Shown: positions 8,766 to 16,891, counted from the stretch's first letter. The stretch is DNA of 64,000 nucleotides from Bacilli bacterium (GCA_900758495.1 CAAERO010000019.1:14252-78251), one strand, 5' to 3'. Numbers and translations: made by a program. Notes: generated by a model not told the origin, from the letters alone.

Positions 8766-9123
8766 CGAAAATTAGTCAATAATCAAGATATAATCACCGC
8801 TGACAGACCGGGAATAAGAATAGTCTGTCAATTTAAAAAACTCAATAACTTCGGAGTAGCGTAAGCTACGGAGTTGTGTAACAATCCCAAGACATTGAGG
8901 GCACCAGTTTCTTATAATAGTATAGTTGGCAGACGTAAGGGCGTACTCAGCTGCCGTGTGAAGCAGTGAATTCTGTGGACTGATAGAGAACGTGTAATAT
9001 TCAGGCTATGCGTTACGTAGTTATAAGTTTTAGGTGTAAAATGCAAAATCAATGGGGATATCAAACGTCTCCAAAAGCTCTTCTAATTTGCTTTCTACGT
9101 GGTAATAGAAAAGCTGAATAACT

Positions 9124-9157
9124 CCCTATCTTATACTAGTTAAAAAGATAGGGTTTT
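9124..9157 (+). terminator. Intrinsic terminator closing the 8.7-9.16 kb ORF-free segment
   Basis: CCCTATCTT (9124-9132) pairs with AAGATAGGG (9145-9153), followed by TTTT. Confidence 0.7.
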
Positions 9158-9183
9158 AATGAAAATAACTAAATTCAATATAT

Positions 9184-9480
9184 ATGGAAGAATTCACAGC
9201 TTATACAGTAGAACGCATAAAAAGCAAGAAACAACTAGTCTTTAATATATCTTGTGATGTAGTTTTTAATTCTTTTAAGACACTCAAATATGCACAAAGA
9301 AGTAAGGCAATAGCATTATATGCAGCTGTATTAAATAGTACTTCTAACTCAATGCATACTGCATTTAATGACTTTGAAGAATATTGTGACAATCTATGTG
9401 ATTGGTACAATATATATGACAAAGAACAATTAAAGGCAGATATTGAAGATGCATATCATAGTCAGGAAATTACTAACTAA
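9184..9480 (+). CDS. Hypothetical protein (98 aa)
   Basis: Intact ORF ending in TAA. Confidence 0.6.
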   Translation: MEEFTAYTVERIKSKKQLVFNISCDVVFNSFKTLKYAQRSKAIALYAAVLNSTSNSMHTAFNDFEEYCDNLCDWYNIYDKEQLKADIEDAYHSQEITN

Positions 9481-9493
9481 AACATTATATATT

Positions 9494-9664
9494 ATGAAAG
9501 GTTTTATTATTTTCTTTGTGTATATAGTATTAACTCTTATTATACTATCTTCTCTCGGTCCAACAACTAAGGCAGGAATGGGTTGCTATGCTGCTTTTAG
9601 TACAGTGTACGTAGGCATATTAGCTATCATGATTGGATGTAAAGAAGAAGATAATGAAGAATAA
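9494..9664 (+). CDS. Small membrane protein (56 aa, two hydrophobic segments)
   Basis: ATG at 9494 in the frame of track ORF 9443..9664: MKGFIIFFVYIVLTLIILSS ... AAFSTVYVGILAIMIGC. Confidence 0.5.
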   Translation: MKGFIIFFVYIVLTLIILSSLGPTTKAGMGCYAAFSTVYVGILAIMIGCKEEDNEE

Positions 9665-9828
9665 AGAGTTTGCTATCTGTTTAGCCATAGCAATATCGTT
9701 ATGGCTAATCAGTATTGTGTCCTTCCATTTGTTTGGAATCTAATAATATAATATAGATTTTCGCAAAGTAATTATTCTATGAAATGCAAATCATCTACTT
9801 ATGTCGTGAGACATTATTTAACCACGTT

Positions 9829-9902
9829 AAAGTATAATAATATAAGTTAGGTATGCCCTTATAAAGACTTAGATAACGCTAAGGACTATATTATTATACT
9901 TT
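9829..9902. repeat. 16-bp perfect AT-rich inverted repeat (long hairpin or cruciform)
   Basis: AAAGTATAATAATATA (9829-9844) and TATATTATTATACTTT (9887-9902), with a 42-nt spacer that itself contains complementary words. Confidence 0.8.
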
Positions 9903-10663
9903 CTTCTTTAATGCGACCAACGTCAGTGACAAGTCTGATAAATGCAGAGTCAAAGAAGCTATTACAGTTTATTATGCACAAATAGATTATAATAGTAAAA
10001 CCACGTGGTAAGGGCACAGTTAGGTTCGCTGTGAGTGCGCCCTTTGTAGCAACTAACCAAAGCAAGTATAGATGGGAATAAGCTATTACCTCGATAGGCT
10101 TAATGAGGTGCTTGACAGTCTGACACTAACTGAACAATAAGTGTCAAATAACTCTCTACTGAATCACAGGCTCGAGACGTTTAAGAGTTAGCGTGTGTAG
10201 GTAGAGAGTTCTTTAAGGTGAGAATCCTTGACAAGCATGTGGGGCTTATATCTATCTATAAACAAGGAGACGGACTAATTTTTATTAGTACAAGGAGTCG
10301 GTTATAGTAGTATTAGTGCAGACTTTAAAATCATGCAGTATAACAATCTTCCATATACTAATGCAATAGTGAACTTCTGAATCATGTTATACTTATTAGT
10401 CCTAAGCGTAGGATAGTCCTCAACTTATTATGTTCCGTTAGCTTAATATGGATTTGTGGAATACTAAGAGTAGTATTGCTAGTATGTTTATATGTGAATA
10501 TAGGTATACTAGTTGCACTCATAAGGCAGCCTTCACGTGGCGAGTGTGTTAAGTAATAGGTTAAATAAATCTTCCAGTTTGTACCTATGAAAACTAATGC
10601 CTTATAAAATTAGTCAAAGTCTTTTATATCAATATATATTGTTTAATTAAAATTATCAAAATT

Positions 10664-10930
10664 ATGAGACAAAGTGTAATTAATTACGTGAAAGAGAATG
10701 GTATTAAGTTAGCTGCTAATTCAAAGGCATTAAAACTTATCAACAACGGAGCATCCGAGGCAGAAGTAGCTGTAGCTTTGCAGACTACAAAGGCATATAA
10801 AGAGGATTCTACTCTTCGTCAGATGTGCCAAGAAGTTGTTGCTGAGGCTGGCAAGGAACAAGCTGACAGTGCTAAAAAACCAGAGAATCATTCAAATTCT
10901 GCTCGTAGAGGAGAAAATGAACGATACTAG
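10664..10930 (+). CDS. Hypothetical protein (88 aa); ends in TAG
   Basis: Intact ORF with the conserved TTATCAAAATT-ATG start context. A strong terminator follows. Confidence 0.65.
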   Translation: MRQSVINYVKENGIKLAANSKALKLINNGASEAEVAVALQTTKAYKEDSTLRQMCQEVVAEAGKEQADSAKKPENHSNSARRGENERY

Positions 10931-10954
10931 TTTCATTCAATACAGATTTTGATT

Positions 10955-10989
10955 AAAGAGTTAGGTTCTTAGGAATCTAACTCTTTTTT
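10955..10989 (+). terminator. Intrinsic terminator
   Basis: AAAGAGTTAG (10955-10964) pairs perfectly with CTAACTCTTT (10977-10986), followed by a T-run. Confidence 0.8.
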
Positions 10990-11007
10990 AATTAAATTAG
11001 AAAGATT

Positions 11008-12303
11008 ATGACTAAGTGGCAAGAATCGTGCATTACAGCACTCGCTTCATCCCCAATGGCATGGGAAGCCTTTAAAATGAAGCAAAGAAACAGAAAGTTA
11101 TTATGGCAATATATAAATCGTATATGGCCATATAAACTGATTGCAGGAACGAAAGTAAATAAAAATAAGAAAGATCTTCTCGCTATTGCTAGAATACTAA
11201 AAAACCTATCATCTACAATTCAATATTATGTTCCAGGTATAGAAAGGGCAAGTTGTATAGAAGACGTTGATGTTCGATTTGATAAAGTAGACTGGCTTTG
11301 TATTAAAGATATTATATCGAAAGAAGATAGCGAATATAAAAGAATAGTTAGAGGAGCATATTGTGGCAATCACTTATTTTCTTTAGATTACACTTACCTA
11401 GATGATGATAATTTTGAAAGTTGGTGTATGTCTGGAGGCAATCATAATCTAATAGATGTTCTTAATACTTGTTTTGGGGAGTGTTATCTCCATGATCATT
11501 GTTATATAACTGGTATAAGATTTCATTCTAACATTACAAATACATATAATATGTTATTGCAAATGCAAGATGAAATAACTTATATTCTGTGTAAGATAGT
11601 TAAAACTATTGAAGGTGTTAAAGGTAATACTTTAAAGTACACCTTAAAAGACAGAAGAAAATATAATTCTTTAAATGTCGGTATTGAAATAGAACATGAT
11701 GCGGAATATCCTACACCAAATAAGATTCAAAGAGCTATCTTACTTAATAACTGTGTATCATATGATTCAGGTTATGATGGCAACTCTTCTAATAGGCTAC
11801 GAGAAAATCGTATTCGGTTAAATGGTATTAAAGGCTTAAAAGGCTTGTATATACTATTAACTAATATGAAAGAAAATTGTGCGATTGCCAAAAATAGTAG
11901 CGTACATATGCATATTGATTGTAAATATGACAACTTCTTTATGGATCGTAGTAAATTCTATAAAGGAAGTGAAAAAGATTGCATATATGGTATGGTAGAT
12001 GTTCTAGCTATTAGAATGAGTAAATATCAATCTAATACGGATAGTGCTTTGCAAATTATATCGGATATTGTAGAATATGAAGTTACTAGATATCATTTTA
12101 ATACTAGTGATTATACTAGATATGATAATGAATTTAACACTATAGAATATCGATTCGCGAAAATAAATTTTAACTATTCTGATTATGTTATACAAATTTT
12201 GACATTTATTCATATAACGGAGTGCATTAAGCATGATGCTCCGTTTAACATTCAGTATTTAGAGTTACTATATAAAGTAATGAAGAATCTGAATAATAAT
12301 TAG
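11008..12303 (+). CDS. Hypothetical protein (431 aa); ends in TAG
   Basis: Long intact ORF. Possible metal-site motifs (GIEIEHDAEYP, SSVHMHIDC) but no family assigned. Confidence 0.75.
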   Translation: MTKWQESCITALASSPMAWEAFKMKQRNRKLLWQYINRIWPYKLIAGTKVNKNKKDLLAIARILKNLSSTIQYYVPGIERASCIEDVDVRFDKVDWLCIKDIISKEDSEYKRIVRGAYCGNHLFSLDYTYLDDDNFESWCMSGGNHNLIDVLNTCFGECYLHDHCYITGIRFHSNITNTYNMLLQMQDEITYILCKIVKTIEGVKGNTLKYTLKDRRKYNSLNVGIEIEHDAEYPTPNKIQRAILLNNCVSYDSGYDGNSSNRLRENRIRLNGIKGLKGLYILLTNMKENCAIAKNSSVHMHIDCKYDNFFMDRSKFYKGSEKDCIYGMVDVLAIRMSKYQSNTDSALQIISDIVEYEVTRYHFNTSDYTRYDNEFNTIEYRFAKINFNYSDYVIQILTFIHITECIKHDAPFNIQYLELLYKVMKNLNNN

Positions 12304-12690
12304 GTTTCCGATCTAACACTGAAATTGCTAGCATTAAGGTGTTATACAGGAATTAGCGTAGACTAATCTTCTAGAGAATAGTCATTTATCGCTCGGTTTA
12401 TCTGTTCGTTCCAGTAATTGCCAAACGAAAAACAGATGGGCACACATGAAGAGGTAGCTGTCGAATTGTGTGTGTAGTTGTTTTGTTTATATCAATATTT
12501 AGCCTTCGTATTATATTAGAGGAATACATGTCACTAAATAAAGATATAAATAAGGCAAACCTCTGCCCTATAGTTTAATTCTGTAATCAATACAGAGTGA
12601 GTATAAAACAACAGTATGATGCTTACTGTTATCTAGGTTCTCAGTCCTAGTAGGGTACTATCTAAGAATTTTAACTAAAATCAATTTAGT

Positions 12691-12900
12691 ATGAAAGAAA
12701 AACCAAAGAAATCAGTTCGAATGTGGGTTGCAAGAGAAAAAAATGGAGCGTTATTTTTGTTCTGTGAAAAACCAAAAAAGAGTAAATCTTACTGGATAAA
12801 TTCAAATACGTTCAATAGTCTAGTACTCCCAAAAGAAGCTTTTCCTAGTGTAAAATGGGAAGACAATGAACCTACAAGAGTAATTATTAGATTAGCGTAG
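12691..12900 (+). CDS. Hypothetical protein (69 aa); ends in TAG
   Basis: Intact ORF abutting the next ATG (TAG-T-ATG). Confidence 0.55.
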   Translation: MKEKPKKSVRMWVAREKNGALFLFCEKPKKSKSYWINSNTFNSLVLPKEAFPSVKWEDNEPTRVIIRLA

Positions 12901-12901
12901 T

Positions 12902-13204
12902 ATGATTATAAGAAGAAACACTTCAGAAAATATACTTGCCACTATTAGTGAATCACTAGTAATAATAGTTGTTATAATTATAGTAGCAGTATCATTAGTC
13001 AAATATTCTAATAATAAAGACTATTACAACTATATAGAACTTAAAGCACAGTATAAGAACTATATTGTGACTAATAAGTATATACGGAACTCAGACACTT
13101 ATGTGTTAGAACTCATGAACCCTTTTAGTAAAAAGACTAAAGAGGTATATGTTAGAGATTATCTATATTATAATACTTATTTTGTAGGAGATACTATAAA
13201 ATGA
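12902..13204 (+). CDS. Membrane-anchored hypothetical protein (100 aa)
   Basis: Hydrophobic segment LVIIVVIIIVAVSLV. ATGA overlap with the next gene. Confidence 0.6.
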   Translation: MIIRRNTSENILATISESLVIIVVIIIVAVSLVKYSNNKDYYNYIELKAQYKNYIVTNKYIRNSDTYVLELMNPFSKKTKEVYVRDYLYYNTYFVGDTIK

Positions 13205-13536
13205 CAAGAAGTAAAAGCCAAAAGTATATATATCTATGTAGGTATAATAAGAGTAAGCCTTATCGTGTGATAATACGTCACAATGGTGAAAATATCCAAG
13301 TGGGAACATTTGCTACATTTCCTGAAGCTATTGAAGCTCGTAATAATAAATTACAGGAATTAGAAGCAAGAGTACCTATTAGTATTCTTACTAGAGTAAG
13401 TATTAAAGCAGCTATTAGAGAAGTTATAGAAGATTTAGAACAAGTAGCTAAGTCAATAAAAAATATAGACAGAGTTAGTTTTAATATAATATCTAATCAA
13501 ATTAAACAGTTATCCAAAGTGTTAAACAAATACTAA
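13201..13536 (+). CDS. AP2-domain DNA-binding protein
   Basis: KPYRVIIRHNGENIQVGTFATFPEAIEARNNKLQEL fits the AP2/ERF-type three-strand-plus-helix pattern common in phages. Confidence 0.55.
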   Translation: MTRSKSQKYIYLCRYNKSKPYRVIIRHNGENIQVGTFATFPEAIEARNNKLQELEARVPISILTRVSIKAAIREVIEDLEQVAKSIKNIDRVSFNIISNQIKQLSKVLNKY

Positions 13537-13544
13537 TCAAAATT

Positions 13545-13943
13545 ATGTTTGAACAAGTAAAAGATTACAAAAGTGCTTGTGCTGTATTAGGTAGGAAACC
13601 TATTGATAAGCGCAGGAAGTTAGATGAGCATGTTATATTATACATCATGCTGAGTACTATCACTGAAGCAATTAACTTTATTGCTAATGGAAACAAACCG
13701 TGGATACCAGTCTACCAACAAAACAAACCAATCAAAACATGGTACAGTTGGTGGTGTATTGATTGGAACAAGATTAAAGATGGTTCCGGTGCGGGTTTCT
13801 TCTTTCTGGGTTCTTACAATGGCCTTGGTGCTGCGTATGCTTATGTCGGTACTCATTTGAGGTTCATTAACAGAGAAGCAGCAGAATATGCAGCAAAAAC
13901 TTTTCAGCCATTGTATATGAAACATATCTTTGGAATCGATTAA
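13545..13943 (+). CDS. Hypothetical protein (132 aa)
   Basis: Intact ORF with the TCAAAATT-ATG start context. Confidence 0.65.
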   Translation: MFEQVKDYKSACAVLGRKPIDKRRKLDEHVILYIMLSTITEAINFIANGNKPWIPVYQQNKPIKTWYSWWCIDWNKIKDGSGAGFFFLGSYNGLGAAYAYVGTHLRFINREAAEYAAKTFQPLYMKHIFGID

Positions 13944-13973
13944 TTTATTATTAACTAAAAACATTTATCAAAA

Positions 13974-14441
13974 ATGGAAAGCCAAAACAAAAACGGGCTT
14001 ATTTATGCCCTAATTTTCAGTATTATCGCTTTCATTGTTAGTATAGGTACTGCTATTAGCGTACGTACTAATATTATGGACGATATTAAAGATGCTATTA
14101 ACCCTGATAAGGTTGAAAGTGTACAAACTACGGATACAACAACGTATACCGAACCGGTAACTATCGATGACATTCTCCAGTTCCGAAAGGATATTAAAGA
14201 ACAATCTCGATATGATTCAATATTTATGAATATGCCGGATGTAGCCCTTATTGCAATACTTATGAAAGGAGGCACTGAAATGTCGAATAGTGACATAGCC
14301 AAGGAGTATTTGCAAAACAGGAAGGACTACGATAATGTAGAATTTGGTGCACAAATTAATGATACTTATAAACAAAATAAGATTACACCAGATTCTATAC
14401 CGAGGAAATCTACGGCTGATATACCTATTAAAGATGAATAA
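13974..14441 (+). CDS. Membrane-anchored hypothetical protein (155 aa)
   Basis: N-terminal hydrophobic helix LIYALIFSIIAFIVSIGTAISV. Confidence 0.65.
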   Translation: MESQNKNGLIYALIFSIIAFIVSIGTAISVRTNIMDDIKDAINPDKVESVQTTDTTTYTEPVTIDDILQFRKDIKEQSRYDSIFMNMPDVALIAILMKGGTEMSNSDIAKEYLQNRKDYDNVEFGAQINDTYKQNKITPDSIPRKSTADIPIKDE

Positions 14442-14870
14442 AAATGTCCTTTATATTTAGTTATTGATAATTATTGCACTTGTTCGTGAGAATAGGTGCA
14501 ATTGCCTAAATGAATGTCTTCAGAAGATGACAAACCTGTGGGGCGTAAGTAATAAAGAGTCTGAAAGATTGCAGATAAGAGTATGCACTTATTGGCAATA
14601 TGCATACCAGAATAATTTATTATGATCGTGCGGACGTTAAAATCAGGTACTCCAATAAGATTTAGTTTTGCAGCTATTTCTGCTTATGAGTTAAAACTAA
14701 GCGAGAGCTTAAAATTGAAATTGAGACTATTCTAGTTTCGGTAAATAAGTAAAAAGCGTTTTACAAGTCTCTTATTAACAAGTGTAAGGTGGATATTAAC
14801 TGTTCAACAAAAAAATCCAGAATATCCTGGTCGTCGTCAATTGAGTTATTAACTTTTAAATATTTAAAAG

Positions 14871-15134
14871 ATGAGTATTTTAAAAAAAATTTATTTTAAG
14901 TGGAAAGCATTTAAAATGCGTTCTCGGGCTAAATCAGAGGCTCATAAAAAGCTCTTTAGTAGTCCACTAGCCTATACAAGGGCTATAAATGAAATTGATT
15001 GTCTTATTAATGGACATCAATGGAGTAGTGAATTCAATCCTAAAACAGAGCTTAATAAGCGGTTTAAGGATAGAGTATACTGTAAACATTGTGGGGTTCG
15101 TTATCATCAGCATACTTATAAAGAGGCAAATTAA
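14871..15134 (+). CDS. Hypothetical protein (87 aa)
   Basis: Intact ORF; first of a tight three-gene cluster. Confidence 0.6.
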   Translation: MSILKKIYFKWKAFKMRSRAKSEAHKKLFSSPLAYTRAINEIDCLINGHQWSSEFNPKTELNKRFKDRVYCKHCGVRYHQHTYKEAN

Positions 15135-15136
15135 CT

Positions 15137-15436
15137 ATGGTACGAATTTATAAAAATGATATTGCTTATATTGTTTGTGAAGTAAAGATATTCAAGAATG
15201 ATATATCTATTGGTACTACAAATAGTATAATCAATGAGTCCTACATAAAACAAATTATCAAAGATCCTAGTGATAATAGTACTATAATATCGTTAGAAGG
15301 TAGTTTTAGTATTATTGTAAATGAGAACTATGATGATTTTATCATTGAGTTCTTCCGTCCGGATCCTATTGCAATTAACAAACAACTAGCAGAAGGAAAA
15401 CAAAACAAGATAGGTTTTCAACATATTAATCAATAA
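15137..15436 (+). CDS. Hypothetical protein (99 aa)
   Basis: Intact ORF, 2 nt after the previous stop. Confidence 0.6.
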   Translation: MVRIYKNDIAYIVCEVKIFKNDISIGTTNSIINESYIKQIIKDPSDNSTIISLEGSFSIIVNENYDDFIIEFFRPDPIAINKQLAEGKQNKIGFQHINQ

Positions 15437-15440
15437 TATT

Positions 15441-15836
15441 ATGAGAATAGTAATTTTTGGTATTAAAGATGATTCACTCACTAGTGAAGAGATTAAAAAA
15501 TCACTCTCTAAAGCATTTCCTAATGAATGTGGAAATATTGTAGCTATAGAAACAAGCTATATTGCTGGAAGAGAAAACTGTGAAAGTCAAGATAGTGCTT
15601 TTATCAGGGCTTGTAAACAACTTTGTGTTGTATGTGGTGATCCTACTGAGGAAGAAGCATTTAGAGGAGCATTTTGGAAAGCGTTTTTTGTTGATAAGGC
15701 TATTGAGCCTATTATCCTTAAAACAATTGCTACTGGTCCACGATCAACGAGAGAGTATAATATACTGAAAAGTATGAATGCGGAATTCCTTCCGAAGCTT
15801 GCTATTTCAGCATTAACAACCCTTAACGAAATGTAA
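15441..15836 (+). CDS. Hypothetical protein (131 aa)
   Basis: Intact ORF. The internal alternative-frame track ORF 15562..15768 is rejected. Confidence 0.65.
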   Translation: MRIVIFGIKDDSLTSEEIKKSLSKAFPNECGNIVAIETSYIAGRENCESQDSAFIRACKQLCVVCGDPTEEEAFRGAFWKAFFVDKAIEPIILKTIATGPRSTREYNILKSMNAEFLPKLAISALTTLNEM

Positions 15837-15838
15837 TT

Positions 15839-15964
15839 ATGGGAAAGACGTTTAAAGACAGCTCTTATGCAATTAAGTCTGTAAACAAGAGAACAAAAAC
15901 AACACGTAGAGCTAAATTACAGCCTTATGATCGTAAATCTTTTAAATCTATAAGCTGTGAGTAG
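15839..15964 (+). CDS. Possible small basic protein (41 aa); ends in TAG
   Basis: ATG at 15839: MGKTFKDSSYAIKSVNKRTKTTRRAKLQPYDRKSFKSISCE. Confidence 0.3.
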   Translation: MGKTFKDSSYAIKSVNKRTKTTRRAKLQPYDRKSFKSISCE

Positions 15965-16154
15965 ATTAATCTGCAACCGGAAATTAAAAGCAACTACTCT
16001 TAATTTAATTAAGAATGATTGCCCGTTACAATGTAATAAACAACATTGTGATGTATGTCAGTTTAGAGATGATAACTCTAAAAAGACACAAACTAAAATA
16101 GTTACTGTCAATGCTCCTTCGCCAGAGGCATACGGCAAAGAATTATATTATTAA
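15957..16154 (+). CDS. Possible Cys-rich small protein (65 aa, GTG start)
   Basis: Track ORF with CPLQCNKQHCDVCQF. No ATG start, and it overlaps the previous candidate. Confidence 0.3.
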   Translation: MSRLICNRKLKATTLNLIKNDCPLQCNKQHCDVCQFRDDNSKKTQTKIVTVNAPSPEAYGKELYY

Positions 16155-16527
16155 CCCTAAACAAGTTAGTATGGTGCAGTCAACCCAAGCTACTATTTAC
16201 CAACCAAAACCCTAATGGAAGCTTAGAAATAAGCAAGAGTACAATGGACTATACAACGGTCAACCAGGTATTACTATCTAGGTCAGGTGAAGGAAAGGGG
16301 TTGCCTATGAATAAGGAATACGAATAAATAGGATAGTAGCATTAAGGGTATATAGCTTTGATCGGCTATATACCCACAATAAAAGTTAACTATAAAAATA
16401 GCAGGAGTATTGTATAACATAACGAAGGCCTACCTGTAGAGAGTGCTGTGAAATAGATTATTCTATGAAGTATGGCTTAATTCTGCACGCGAGTTATACT
16501 TTAGTTAACTTTAAAGAAATTGACTGT

Positions 16528-16578
16528 TAGGTCTATTGAATCGTCGTTTGGACACGGGTTCGACTCCCGTATGCTCCA
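16528..16578 (+). ncRNA. ssrA: tmRNA-like acceptor piece (3' half of the tRNA-like domain), located upstream of its 5' partner
   Basis: GGUCUAUU-GAAUC-GUCGUU, then UGGAC, T arm ACGGG-UUCGACU-CCCGU, 3' acceptor strand AUGCUCC and A73. This parallels the E. coli ssrA 3' end ...GGAC-GCGGG-UUCAACU-CCCGC-CAGCUCC-A. Confidence 0.65.
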
Positions 16579-16671
16579 CTATGTTCGTTCGACTCGAACC
16601 AGTGGCAGCTCCTGTGATGGGTAACTCTTCCTCATGTGTGAAATAACACAAATGGCAACTGAGCTGCAATC

Positions 16672-16813
16672 GGGGCATTATGGTTTTGACAGCGACATAG
16701 AGGAGATAGAATAGGTCAATAAGCAGATAACTGGCAATACAAGTTATGTAACAGATTACACTCGCTTAGTAGCGTGATAATCTGAACGGCTCGCCATTGT
16801 CGTAAAAGGCTGG
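16672..16813 (+). ncRNA. ssrA: tmRNA-like coding piece: 5' acceptor strand, P2 strand and tag reading frame
   Basis: GGGGCAUUAUGGUUUUGACAGCGAC parallels E. coli GGGGCUGAUUCUGGAUUCGACGGG. GGGGCAU pairs with AUGCUCC (16571-16577) and gives a G3:U70 pair. AGCGAC and AAUAGGUC pair with GUCGUU and GGUCUAUU of the upstream piece. Frame 16733-16774 encodes GNTSYVTDYTRLVA, followed by TGA TAA (16775-16780). The 3' boundary is uncertain. Confidence 0.65.
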
Positions 16814-16891
16814 GGTAAGTAGTTTCATAAGGCTTAGAAACGCTAACACTGATAAAGTTAGAAGAGGGAGGTTCGAATCCTCTCCTTACCA
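16814..16891 (+). tRNA. Non-canonical tRNA-like gene, possibly tRNA-Ile(GAU)
   Basis: Acceptor GGUAAG(U)/(C)CUUACC + A73, D arm UUUC-AUAAGGCUUA-GAAA, T arm GGAGG-UUCGAAU-CCUCU. The anticodon arm is CUAAC/GUUAG enclosing 9 nt (ACUGAUAAA). That can also be read as a canonical CUGAUAA loop (anticodon GAU, 16851-16853) closed by an A.A mismatch on a 6-level stem. A8 replaces U8, and 7:66 is a U.C mismatch. Confidence 0.5.

Noticed and set aside
13638-14302. Minus-strand ORFs 13638..13964, 14003..14302 and 14010..14204
   Set aside because: They are antisense to well-packed plus-strand genes 13545..13943 and 13974..14441.
16405-16411. GGAGUAU as an alternative 5' partner for the acceptor strand AUGCUCC (16571-16577), giving an unpermuted RNA of about 175 nt
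   Set aside because: It pairs on paper, but it lacks the GG..UU(C/U)GAC tmRNA/D-loop-like motif and the adjacent P2-type complementarity that GGGGCAU at 16672 has. Kept only as an alternative for software to test.
16814-16891. Using this T arm and acceptor as the 3' end of a conventional one-piece tmRNA starting at 16672
   Set aside because: Its 3' strand CCUUACC cannot pair with GGGGCAU. It pairs instead with GGUAAGU at 16814, forming its own tRNA-like unit.
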